Assembly (NCBI GenBank): GCA_002011125.2
Contig: MTMF02000008.1
Location: 1 to 64,000, forward strand
Direction: 5' to 3'
DNA length: 64,000 bases
From: Candidatus Hydrothermarchaeum profundi
GTDB lineage: Archaea; Hydrothermarchaeota; Hydrothermarchaeia; Hydrothermarchaeales; Hydrothermarchaeaceae
This document shows positions 55,774 to 64,000 of this stretch, piece after piece. The translations under genes were made by a program, and so were the position numbers. The first letter of the stretch is position 1, and the number at the start of each line of letters is the position of its first letter. Under the pieces are notes generated by a model. That model was given only the letters and a program-made list of their open reading frames with translations. It made no database searches and was not told the origin of the DNA.

Positions 55774-56439
55774 ATGGAAGAAAAGAGAAAAGCCGCGGTA
55801 TCAGCAGTTGGTTTAGTAAAAGATGGAGATATAGTAGGTTTAGGCACAGGGTCTACGGCCAGATATGCCATCTTGGAGTTAGGTAAAAAGATCGAGAAGG
55901 AGGAATTGGATATCCTAGGGATACCTACATCAAAAGCTACGGAAGCACTAGCTAAAAAGTGTGGTATTCCATTAACAACCCTCCAAGAATATGAAGTTAT
56001 AGATATAGATATTGACGGGGCTGATCAGGTTGACAGCGATTTAAATTTAATAAAAGGTGGGGGTGGAGCGCATACACGGGAAAAAATCGTGGCATCATGC
56101 TCAAAGAGGTTGGTAATAATAGTCGATGACAGTAAGCTTGTTAAAAAATTGAACATTCCTGTACCAGTAGAGGTACTGCCTTTTTCTTGGAAACCTACGG
56201 CATCTAAAATAAAAGAACTCGGAGCCAACCCAATTATTCGTCAGACTGATGATAATAGAGAATATATTACTGACAACAAAAACTTTATACTCGATTGCGA
56301 TTTTGGATTAATTAAGGACCCAAGAAAGTTGGAAAAGGAGCTCAACGAGGTTATAGGAGTGATTGAAAACGGCATTTTCGCTGGCTTTACTTGTGAAGTC
56401 CATGTAGGGTCCAAAAAAGGAGTGAACATATTAAAATAA
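55774..56439 (+). CDS. rpiA: Ribose-5-phosphate isomerase A
   Basis: GLGTGSTA, DGADQVD, IKGGGGAHTREKI, VPVEV, TDNKN. Confidence 0.96.
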   Translation: MEEKRKAAVSAVGLVKDGDIVGLGTGSTARYAILELGKKIEKEELDILGIPTSKATEALAKKCGIPLTTLQEYEVIDIDIDGADQVDSDLNLIKGGGGAHTREKIVASCSKRLVIIVDDSKLVKKLNIPVPVEVLPFSWKPTASKIKELGANPIIRQTDDNREYITDNKNFILDCDFGLIKDPRKLEKELNEVIGVIENGIFAGFTCEVHVGSKKGVNILK

Positions 56440-56533
56440 GCCGGGGTAACTCAGCCTGGTTAGAGTGCCACGCTCATAGGGATTTCAGGCCTGGGAAACG
56501 TGGAAGCCGCGGGTTCGAAGCCCGTCCCCGGCA
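56440..56533 (+). tRNA. tRNA-Met(CAT), elongator type, with a 19-nt intron at 37/38 (56479-56497)
   Basis: Acceptor GCCGGGG/CCCCGGC; D-arm ACTC/GAGT; anticodon stem CCACG/CGTGG with CT-CAT-A; BHB motif (CTCA/TGGG helix, TAG and AAA bulges); T-arm GCGGG-TTCGAAG-CCCGT; CCA not encoded. Confidence 0.92.
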
Positions 56534-56745
56534 CTCCTTAGTCATCATATCAAAAATCTACATAGGAGAGTTTGCATCTAAGCTTTTAGGTAATATTCTC
56601 TGCATCTTAAGCGTGTTTTTTCAATTTCAGATCTATGTACTAAGAACCTGTTAATATAAAAGCATAGAAGGGAACAAATAATCATAAATATGGGAGAAGC
56701 TTGATTATCTAATCAGGAGGCAATAATCTGACAGACAACAAAAAA

Positions 56746-59247
56746 GTGAGTGGTAGGATTATACCGTCAGCTACTACAGGTGTTCCAGAAGGGGTAGCAG
56801 GTGCGGTACATATCGAACTGCCCATAGTCAACTTGGAATGTGTCACATGCGTGGCTACGATAGAGAAGTCTCTAAAGAGATTACCTGGCGTAATCGAATG
56901 TAAAGTCAATTTCGTAAACCAGAAGGCATTTGTGGTATATGATCCCGCGAGTATAAATCTAACAGACATAGTAAAAAATATTGAAGCTCTAAGCTATAAG
57001 GTGGGAGGCGCGGAAGTAAGAATTATCATCAAAGATATGAAATGTGCCTCGTGTGTAACTAGAATAGAAGGCGTTTTAAACAGGACAGCGGGTGTGATTT
57101 CGGCAGTAGTAAACCCGGCTACAGGAGAGGCGCTCATACACTATCTCCCAGAAATTACCAATATAAAAAATCTTACCCAAGCAATCGAAACCGTTGGGTA
57201 TCAGACAGTGACTATGCCGAAGGAGGAGCCGGTTGATAGAGAGGCAGAGGCACATGAGAAGGAATATAAAAGCCTCATGAGAAAATTCTACTTTGCTGGC
57301 GTAATTTCTGTTCCCGTCATGATCATAGGCTACCCGAAATTTTTCCCTGTATTAAAAGACATGAACATTGAAATGTTGAGACTTTTATGGGGTATAACAG
57401 GTATTGCCGCATTTTTTGTGCTTTTTTATTCTGGGAACCATTTTTTTAGAGGTGCATGGGGCGCATTTAAGCACCGGGCTGCCGATATGAATACCCTAAT
57501 TGCGATAGGAACAGGTACGGCATGGGTTTACTCTTCCGTTACTATCCTATTCCCAGACATATTTCCCGAAGGGACATCTGAACCTTTTTATGATGTAGTC
57601 GCGGTGGTAATCGCGCTTGTAGTGCTCGGTCAAGCGTTGGAGATAAAGGCAAAGGGCAGGACATCTGAGGCAATCAAGAAGCTCATGGGTATGCAGGCCA
57701 AGACCGCTAGGGTGATAAGAGACGGCCAAGAGGTGGATATTCCGATAGAAGAAGTACTGGTAGGTGATACTATTATTGTGAGACCTGGGGAGAAGATCCC
57801 TGTGGATGGAAATGTGGTTGAGGGCAACTCATCAGTAGATGAGTCAATGATTACAGGTGAGCCCATACCGGTTGAGAAAAGAGAAGGTGACGAGGTTATA
57901 GGAGGCACTATCAATAAAACTGGTTCATTTAAGTTTATAGCTAAAAAAGTGGGAAAGGATACCGCTCTTGCCCAGATAATTAAAATGGTTCAGGATGCTC
58001 AGGGGTCTAAGGCCCCTATCGCAAGGATGGCTGACAGAATATCCTCCTATTTTGTCCCGACAGTTATGATAATCTCCGTCGTCACATTTCTGGTATGGTA
58101 CAATTTTGGTCCTCCCCCGGCTTTGGTTTTTGCGCTTGTGACCGCCGTGACTGTCCTGATTATTGCATGTCCATGTGCACTTGGTCTGGCAACACCGATG
58201 TCGCTTATGATCGGCATTGGTAAAGGCGCGGAGAATGGTATACTCATAAGGAATGGTGAAGCACTGGAGAAAGCACAGGCACTGGATGCAATTGTTCTTG
58301 ATAAGACTGGTACCATTACCTTGGGGAAACCATCCCTTACGGATGTGATCACTCTGGAAGGCTTCAGTGAGGAGGATGTGCTCATGAATGCCGCCGCCGT
58401 TGAGAAAGGTTCAGAACATCCTTTAGGAGAGGCTATAATCGAGGGAGCAAAAGAGAGGGGTATTAGCATTCCTGACTCCAATAAATTTAAAGCCATTCCA
58501 GGGCATGGAGTTCAAGCAGAGGTAATGGGAAAGATAGTGGTACTTGGGAACAAAAAGCTCATGCTCCAGAAGGGAGGTGTTTTATCGCATCTTGAGGAAG
58601 AATCCAAAAAACTTGCAGAAGGTGGCAAGACACCGATGTATCTCATGATAGATGGCAAAGTTGCTGGAATAATTGCCGTCGCCGATACCATCAAAGAGGA
58701 TTCTGTAGGTGCGGTTAAGATTATGAAAGAACTTGGGCTTGAGGTGGTCATGCTTACAGGAGACAATGAGCGTACTGCAAAAGCTATCGCCCGCCAGGTT
58801 GGGATTGAGCGCGTGCTGGCAGAGGTGTTGCCTGAAGATAAAGCTCGTCAGATCCAGCTCTTACAGGCAGAGGGGAAGACTGTCGCAATGGTCGGTGATG
58901 GGATAAATGATGCTCCGGCACTCGCCCAGGCAGATGTAGGCATGGCAATTGGTACAGGTACTGATGTTGCTATAGAGGCATCAGACATTACGTTTATCAA
59001 GGGGAGCCTTAAAAGTGTTTCAACTGCCATCCAAATCTCAAAAGCTACCATGAAAAATATCCGTGAGAATCTCTTTGGTGCATTCTTTTATAACAGTATG
59101 GGGATACCCATAGCGGCAGGGGTTTTATACCCCTTTACCGGCGTGCTGTTATCCCCTCTCATTGCAGGTGCTGCTATGGCCTTCTCGTCTGTCACTGTCG
59201 TTACTAATGCCAATAGGCTTAGGGCATTTAAACCTAAGGAGGCGTGA
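56746..59247 (+). CDS. copA: Cu(I)-translocating P1B-1 ATPase
   Basis: Two HMA domains (CVTC, CASC), TGE, CPC, DKTGT, HP, GDGIND, YN and MAFSS transmembrane signatures. Confidence 0.95.
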   Translation: MSGRIIPSATTGVPEGVAGAVHIELPIVNLECVTCVATIEKSLKRLPGVIECKVNFVNQKAFVVYDPASINLTDIVKNIEALSYKVGGAEVRIIIKDMKCASCVTRIEGVLNRTAGVISAVVNPATGEALIHYLPEITNIKNLTQAIETVGYQTVTMPKEEPVDREAEAHEKEYKSLMRKFYFAGVISVPVMIIGYPKFFPVLKDMNIEMLRLLWGITGIAAFFVLFYSGNHFFRGAWGAFKHRAADMNTLIAIGTGTAWVYSSVTILFPDIFPEGTSEPFYDVVAVVIALVVLGQALEIKAKGRTSEAIKKLMGMQAKTARVIRDGQEVDIPIEEVLVGDTIIVRPGEKIPVDGNVVEGNSSVDESMITGEPIPVEKREGDEVIGGTINKTGSFKFIAKKVGKDTALAQIIKMVQDAQGSKAPIARMADRISSYFVPTVMIISVVTFLVWYNFGPPPALVFALVTAVTVLIIACPCALGLATPMSLMIGIGKGAENGILIRNGEALEKAQALDAIVLDKTGTITLGKPSLTDVITLEGFSEEDVLMNAAAVEKGSEHPLGEAIIEGAKERGISIPDSNKFKAIPGHGVQAEVMGKIVVLGNKKLMLQKGGVLSHLEEESKKLAEGGKTPMYLMIDGKVAGIIAVADTIKEDSVGAVKIMKELGLEVVMLTGDNERTAKAIARQVGIERVLAEVLPEDKARQIQLLQAEGKTVAMVGDGINDAPALAQADVGMAIGTGTDVAIEASDITFIKGSLKSVSTAIQISKATMKNIRENLFGAFFYNSMGIPIAAGVLYPFTGVLLSPLIAGAAMAFSSVTVVTNANRLRAFKPKEA

Positions 59248-59248
59248 G

Positions 59249-59617
59249 ATGTCCGCGGTTATCGTAAATCTAGTAGGGATAGGACTCATAATATTCATTA
59301 TATGGTTTTTCTGGTTCCCTAAAAAAGAAGGGGTTAAAGCTACTTTGACCGGTGATGTCCAAGAGGTACAAGTAACTGTCAAAGGAGGCTATAGTCCGGA
59401 TGTTATTGTGGTAAGGGCTGGAAAACCTGTGAGACTGAATTTTCTACGTCAGGAGTCTTCTTCGTGTACAGAGATGGTGGTTTTCGGTGATTTTAACAAG
59501 TCTGCAAAGTTACCGGAGGGAGAAGTTGTTCCTGTAGAATTTACTCCAGAAAAACCCGGTGAGTACGAGTTTCACTGCCAGATGGGTATGATAAGAGGGA
59601 AATTGATAGTAGAATGA
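59249..59617 (+). CDS. Membrane-anchored cupredoxin copper chaperone (CupA-like)
   Basis: N-terminal TM; GGYSPD, SSCTE, FHCQMGMIRG; starts 1 nt after the copA stop. Confidence 0.85.
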   Translation: MSAVIVNLVGIGLIIFIIWFFWFPKKEGVKATLTGDVQEVQVTVKGGYSPDVIVVRAGKPVRLNFLRQESSSCTEMVVFGDFNKSAKLPEGEVVPVEFTPEKPGEYEFHCQMGMIRGKLIVE

Positions 59618-59918
59618 ATATTCCTGTAACCAAAGGCTTCTTTTAGCTTATGCCTTCGCAACTTATCGCAGTAGTTTTCGGCATTCATCTTTGCAATGCC
59701 GCCATTCTTTGCTCCGTCTATAAGAGTCTTGCTCAGGTCTCTCTAGGTATCAGGTTGGTAGTTTCGTCTCTTGGAAAAAAGGAAATATGAATTTTTTCTT
59801 CATATCTTAAAGCCAGTCTAATTCAAAAGCCCTCCTTTTACAGCGCATTCTATAAGCCGTAGATAAACTAAACTAAAAAAGCTATTAAAGGGGAATTCCT
59901 CATTTTAATAGAGGAAGG

Positions 59919-60734
59919 TTACGCTTTTTTCTTAAAAGGTGTAGGTCTCCATTCAGCTGCTTTTCTTTCACTGTTTTCTTTCCCTACCGGGCAGGAATCG
60001 TGGCAGATAGTGCATTCCGTTAGTGCTCTTTTATCTACTATTCTAAAATACTTCATCGCTTCCTCAGACGGTTTATCAAAAAGTTCTTGAGGGACGATGC
60101 AACGATCAAAATTAACTTTTTTGCCTGGTTCAACTCCGTAGGAATACCCTGGGATTATCGCTTGAGTGGGACATGCCTTAATGCAAATCTCACAGTCTTT
60201 ACAGAGGTCGCCTTCCCCGCCATGTGTAAACTTCCATGGCTCGTCAGGTTCTAGCTTGGCGGTTGTTAATATCCCTACCCATCGTTGGCGGGGACCATAC
60301 TTTGGTGTTAATACCAGAGTCATTTTACCTATGAATCCCAATCCTGCAAGGGTTGCCGCCGCTTTTAGGTGGATCCCCGCATTTGTGGGTACAGCATCAT
60401 AGCCTTTGTCCCACAACCATTTGCAAACTCTCCAGGCACGGGCCTCTACGATTTCATAATACATGTTGTAATAGACACTCCCTTCGACTATATCAAAAGG
60501 TATCTTGTCTGGTGGGATAGCAGAAGCCACTACAGTATTCATTGCTCTGTCCCAAACATGAAATCCTAAGACGATTACGGATTTAACTCCCGGCATAAAT
60601 TCTGATGGTTTTGATAAGCCTCTGTGTGGTGGAAACGGGACTTTCTCCAGCTCTTCTAGGTCAGGAACTCCAAAAAACTCAAACTCATTCTCAAATGCTA
60701 CTTTTCTTAACTCCTCCTTTAAATTAGAAGCCAT
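59919..60734 (-). CDS. Epoxyqueuosine reductase (QueG)/reductive-dehalogenase-like 2x[4Fe-4S] protein
   Basis: VKSVIVLG, HLKAAATLAGLGFIGK, TPKYGPRQR, CKDCEICIKACP, RC...CTICHDSCP. Confidence 0.75.
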   Translation of the reverse strand: MASNLKEELRKVAFENEFEFFGVPDLEELEKVPFPPHRGLSKPSEFMPGVKSVIVLGFHVWDRAMNTVVASAIPPDKIPFDIVEGSVYYNMYYEIVEARAWRVCKWLWDKGYDAVPTNAGIHLKAAATLAGLGFIGKMTLVLTPKYGPRQRWVGILTTAKLEPDEPWKFTHGGEGDLCKDCEICIKACPTQAIIPGYSYGVEPGKKVNFDRCIVPQELFDKPSEEAMKYFRIVDKRALTECTICHDSCPVGKENSERKAAEWRPTPFKKKA

Positions 60735-60978
60735 ATACCAACTTTAATTAGGCTGTGATATTTAAAATTTTCTATTTTAAACCATCTTAAATATACTCTC
60801 TTTTGAAAAAAAGAGTTAATATTAAATATATTATACGTATAGTATCTTAATAAGAATGTAAAATCAAAAAATAAGAAAAATAAATTAAACTTTTCAGACA
60901 TAATCCTACATGTTTTAATGAGCACCTTAAAAAATAATTCATAATTTTCTCCAAAATTATGCTTTCATATGAAACTAA

Positions 60979-61887
60979 AGCTGTGTAAATTTTGTCAGTA
61001 ATGTCGCAAAGAAAATAAAAATTAAATTACCTGATATAGGCACGCCAGCTAGACCTTGGAAATTTGGAGAAAATATTAAAAAATCAGGGAAGGGAATAAA
61101 GAATACCAACAAAAATAAGAGTAGAGATACTGACCCAGAAACTGGAAAATTAATTAGTGGGATAGTTGAACAAAATGATATTAAAATTTCGAGGATCAGA
61201 AACCTAGAGAGTTATTGTGAGATTGGAACATATGCTAGAGTTCAGATAGAACATCTGCCTGACAATGTTATTAGTTTAGTAGACAACCAGAGAATAAATA
61301 TAATTTTAGAGTCACCGGACATTGGAGAGCAAACACTAGGAGTTGAATTAACAAATTCTGAAATTTCTAGTATTAAGGATAAAATAAATAACCCGACATT
61401 AACTGTTTCAACTAGCTATGGTGTCCTGAGGGATATTAGTGAAGCAAGTGATCCTAAGGCAGCATTTCTACTCGCCTTGAGATCTGGGGATATCAAGATA
61501 ACATCAAAGAACCCAAAATTTAAATTCGCAAATTTTATTTCTCGTATATATCAAAAAAACCCATATAAAAGCTATAATATCAACAAAGGAAGTAGTAAAG
61601 AAATAATTTTCAACGGAGCGAGAGCAACGCTAACCATTACTGTCCATAGGATTAGAGTTGTGTCGATACCAAAGGATAACACATTGCGGGTTATTAATAG
61701 ATATGGCACAGTCAGAGGGTATATGCCTAACTCAGGCCTGAGGATTATAAATCGTTGGCATAATCTCTATTCTAGAACAGCAGGAATTTATAGGCATCCT
61801 TCAACTTATTATAGAGGCTGGAGTACTCGAGTAACTTCGTATACTTCTTATAGATATACGCCCCCCCAGACATTTCACGGTTTATAA
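60979..61887 (+). pseudogene. 5'-truncated ORF remnant (~300 open codons with no start codon until 61477)
   Basis: The 61477 ORF frame stays open back to TAA at 60976-60978; SCVNFVSNVA...LPD start, then an SCP2-like segment PTLTVSTS...ASDPKAAFLLALRSGDIKI. Confidence 0.55.
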
Positions 61888-61906
61888 TCCTGCTAGAAAT
61901 CCTAGA

Positions 61907-62224
61907 ATGTTCTTTTACGGTAGTACTTACACCCCAATAAACACTGGTTTGGATAATTCTGTGGTAGATGTCGCTTTCGAGAGAACTTTAGTTGGTGTCG
62001 ACGTAGATTTAGGATATGATATTGAAAAGGTAGCTTATTATACGATGGGGGCAGTAGCAAGTATTGCTCCTGAAACCCCTGAGATTATTGTACAGGTATT
62101 TAATAATGGCACTTTAATTGCAGAGTTTGAAGTTCAAACACAAGCTGTTTTAGACTTAACCGAGGGACTAATCTCAGAGCAAGAGTTCATAGATAAAATT
62201 GACAAAAAAGTACAACGGGAGTGA
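61907..62224 (+). CDS. Hypothetical protein
   Basis: 105-aa acidic ORF with plausible composition. Confidence 0.45.
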   Translation: MFFYGSTYTPINTGLDNSVVDVAFERTLVGVDVDLGYDIEKVAYYTMGAVASIAPETPEIIVQVFNNGTLIAEFEVQTQAVLDLTEGLISEQEFIDKIDKKVQRE

Positions 62225-62274
62225 AAACATTTTGAATAAAATTTTATGTTGCTCTCTTTCAATATTACTTTCCT

Positions 62275-63279
62275 ATGAATAAATATGCCGATGGATTAAG
62301 TTTTAGTATAGAGTTTATTCCAAGTGAAGACTATCTCAAGACGATATACCACGGTGTATTAGCAGAGAAATCAGGATTTGATTGCATCTGGGTTACCCAT
62401 CACTTCAATAACTTGGATGTTTATATAGTTTTAACCACTATAGCTAACTACACTAACAGGATTCTACTCGGGCCGGGGGTCACAAATCCCTATCTCTATC
62501 ATCCAGTATTAAATGCTTCCACCGTCTTATCTTTGGATAAAATATCGGGCGGCAGAGCGGTTTTTGGAATTGGAGCTGGCGATAAAACTACTTTAGATTC
62601 TGCAGGCATTGAGAGGAAGAATCCTGTGGAAACTATTGAAGAGAGCATAGAAATAATTAGAGGGTTATTGAGAGGAGAAAGAGTAAATTACAATGGTAGA
62701 ATATATAAAATACCTGGTGTTGCTCTAAACATTAAGGCTGATAGGGAGATCCCTGTATACGTTGGTGCTCAAGGTCCTAGGATGCTTGAGATGGCTGGTA
62801 GGGTATCTGACGGAGTTTTAGTGAATGCGTCTCATGAAAAGGACTTAGAATTTGCAATAAGGCAGATAAATAAAGGAAAGGGAGAAAGGCGCCGTAAGAT
62901 AGATGTATCTGCTTTTACTTGTTTCTCGGTGGACTCGGATCCAAAAAAGGCGAAAAAAGCAGCGCGGCCTATGGTGGCATTCATCGTTGCAGGATCTCAT
63001 CGTTCAATATTAGAGAGACATAATATCCCCAGGGAGGAGATAGATACTATAAAAGGATTCCTAACTGAAGGAAAATATAAAAAGGCCTTTGAATCAGTAA
63101 CCGATCACATGATGGATTCTTTTTGTATTTATGGCACTCCTAAAGAATGTCTTCAAAAGATAGAAGAACTTGAAAAGCTTGGCGTTTCTCAAATTGTGAT
63201 AGGCTCACCAATAGGGCCCGATAAAGAAAAGTCAATTAAATTGATTAGAGATAAAATCATGCCTGCGGTGAGGATTTAA
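62275..63279 (+). CDS. mer: F420-dependent methylenetetrahydromethanopterin reductase (Mer or close paralog)
   Basis: FSIEFIP, GPGVTNPY, GIGAGDK, YVGAQGPRML, DGVLVNAS, FIVAGS, GSPIGPDKEKSIKL. Confidence 0.85.
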   Translation: MNKYADGLSFSIEFIPSEDYLKTIYHGVLAEKSGFDCIWVTHHFNNLDVYIVLTTIANYTNRILLGPGVTNPYLYHPVLNASTVLSLDKISGGRAVFGIGAGDKTTLDSAGIERKNPVETIEESIEIIRGLLRGERVNYNGRIYKIPGVALNIKADREIPVYVGAQGPRMLEMAGRVSDGVLVNASHEKDLEFAIRQINKGKGERRRKIDVSAFTCFSVDSDPKKAKKAARPMVAFIVAGSHRSILERHNIPREEIDTIKGFLTEGKYKKAFESVTDHMMDSFCIYGTPKECLQKIEELEKLGVSQIVIGSPIGPDKEKSIKLIRDKIMPAVRI

Positions 63280-63691
63280 TTGTATCTGTTATATTTTCTT
63301 CGAAAAGTATACTCTCAAACCCAGAAGCCCCTCCGCCTCTTTTCTTTTTATAATAACCTATTAATGCGCCTATTACCGTAGTAATACCTAGAAGTGGAGG
63401 GCTAGAAACCAAGACTCCTATTAGCAGAGCACCTGCTAGATCTCCATTAAAGATTCTCAAAATCATTATTGATTGGGCAATAACCAACATAATTCCAAAA
63501 CCTAAGCCTAATAGTGAATTAACTATGTATGTTCGGTCAAATAAATCTGGACAAGTAATGCTTAATGGAGCGAGTGCTATTAGAATAAATACAAAGAAAC
63601 TGCTCGCAGTGGTTAAAGCGATAGTCATTAAAGCCGTGTAGAATAACAAAATTCTCCCAATGAGATGTATATCACCTGAGGGATAATCCAA
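63257..63691 (-). CDS. Membrane protein of unknown function
   Basis: 3-4 hydrophobic segments; RBS AGGAGG upstream. Confidence 0.5.
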   Translation of the reverse strand: MDYPSGDIHLIGRILLFYTALMTIALTTASSFFVFILIALAPLSITCPDLFDRTYIVNSLLGLGFGIMLVIAQSIMILRIFNGDLAGALLIGVLVSSPPLLGITTVIGALIGYYKKKRGGGASGFESILFEENITDTIKSSPQA

Positions 63692-63947
63692 AATTTTTTA
63701 GAACCTCCTTTATGCCTATTTTGGACCAGTTCAACTCGCTACTCCCACAAAATATCCTATTATTCAAATATTCGAGGTCTTCCCTTATCATTTGTGAGGA
63801 CAGACCTTTAGCTCTAAGTTCATCAACTGTCTTTATGATCTTTCTAGAGGCATTTATCTGATAGAGAATCTTCTCTTTTTCATCTTGGGTTAGTATCCCG
63901 TAGTTTTCTTTTATACTTGCTAATTTCATAGCAGATCTATACGTCAA
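63672..63947 (-). CDS. Hypothetical protein (may extend toward the right edge)
   Basis: ORF overlapping the start of 63257..63691. Confidence 0.35.
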   Translation of the reverse strand: MTYRSAMKLASIKENYGILTQDEKEKILYQINASRKIIKTVDELRAKGLSSQMIREDLEYLNNRIFCGSSELNWSKIGIKEVLKNFGLSLR

Positions 63948-64000
63948 CTCAACTATCTCGCTCCGTTTGAGGTATTGGGTTTCATAGCTTAGAAGGTCTC

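Noticed and set aside
62275-63279. Evidence of methanogenesis from mer, fmdE and tfx
   Set aside because: These genes also occur in non-methanogenic H4MPT/F420-using archaea; no mcr or mtr genes in the window.
56500-64000. Integrated mobile element at tRNA-Met
   Set aside because: I found no integrase, transposase or repeat of the tRNA 3' end by eye; only a compositional hint remains.

Overview
This is an AT-rich archaeal chromosomal window. Archaeal markers are Cdc48, a Tfx regulator, F420-dependent Mer, a BHB-intron tRNA-Met and BRE/TATA promoters. The gene content suggests an anaerobic euryarchaeal-type lineage such as Hydrothermarchaeota, but that placement is only an inference. The core of the window is a ~29 kb nitrogen-oxide respiration island (16.8-46.3 kb) with three parts. 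(i) Leftward: an octaheme HAO-family cytochrome, a Desulfovibrio-type napA and napD, followed by moeA-fmdE-mobB-tfx. (ii) Centre: two tandem paralogous two-component systems, one with a heme-c sensor domain, both with REC-wHTH regulators. (iii) Rightward: a b6f-like Rieske/split cytochrome b/hexaheme complex in one operon with an anammox/Nitrospira-type nitrite oxidoreductase (nxrB, chaperone, HExxH protein, nxrA, nxrC), then a C-terminal monoheme helical cytochrome, hemerythrin and PadR-iscS-iscU-iscU2. A shared palindrome-BRE-TATA element precedes the moeA, hao-nap and (degenerate) Rieske-nxr operons. Outside the island are bacterial-type queA-tgt (queuosine pathway, atypical for archaea), a QueG-like Fe-S protein, a Wzy-like/GT4/MraY-like glycan cluster, a che operon, rpiA abutting tRNA-Met, copA-cupA, an orphan A/V-ATPase subunit I, and several frameshifted or truncated genes. 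Family assignments come from recognising motifs by eye; no database searches were run.
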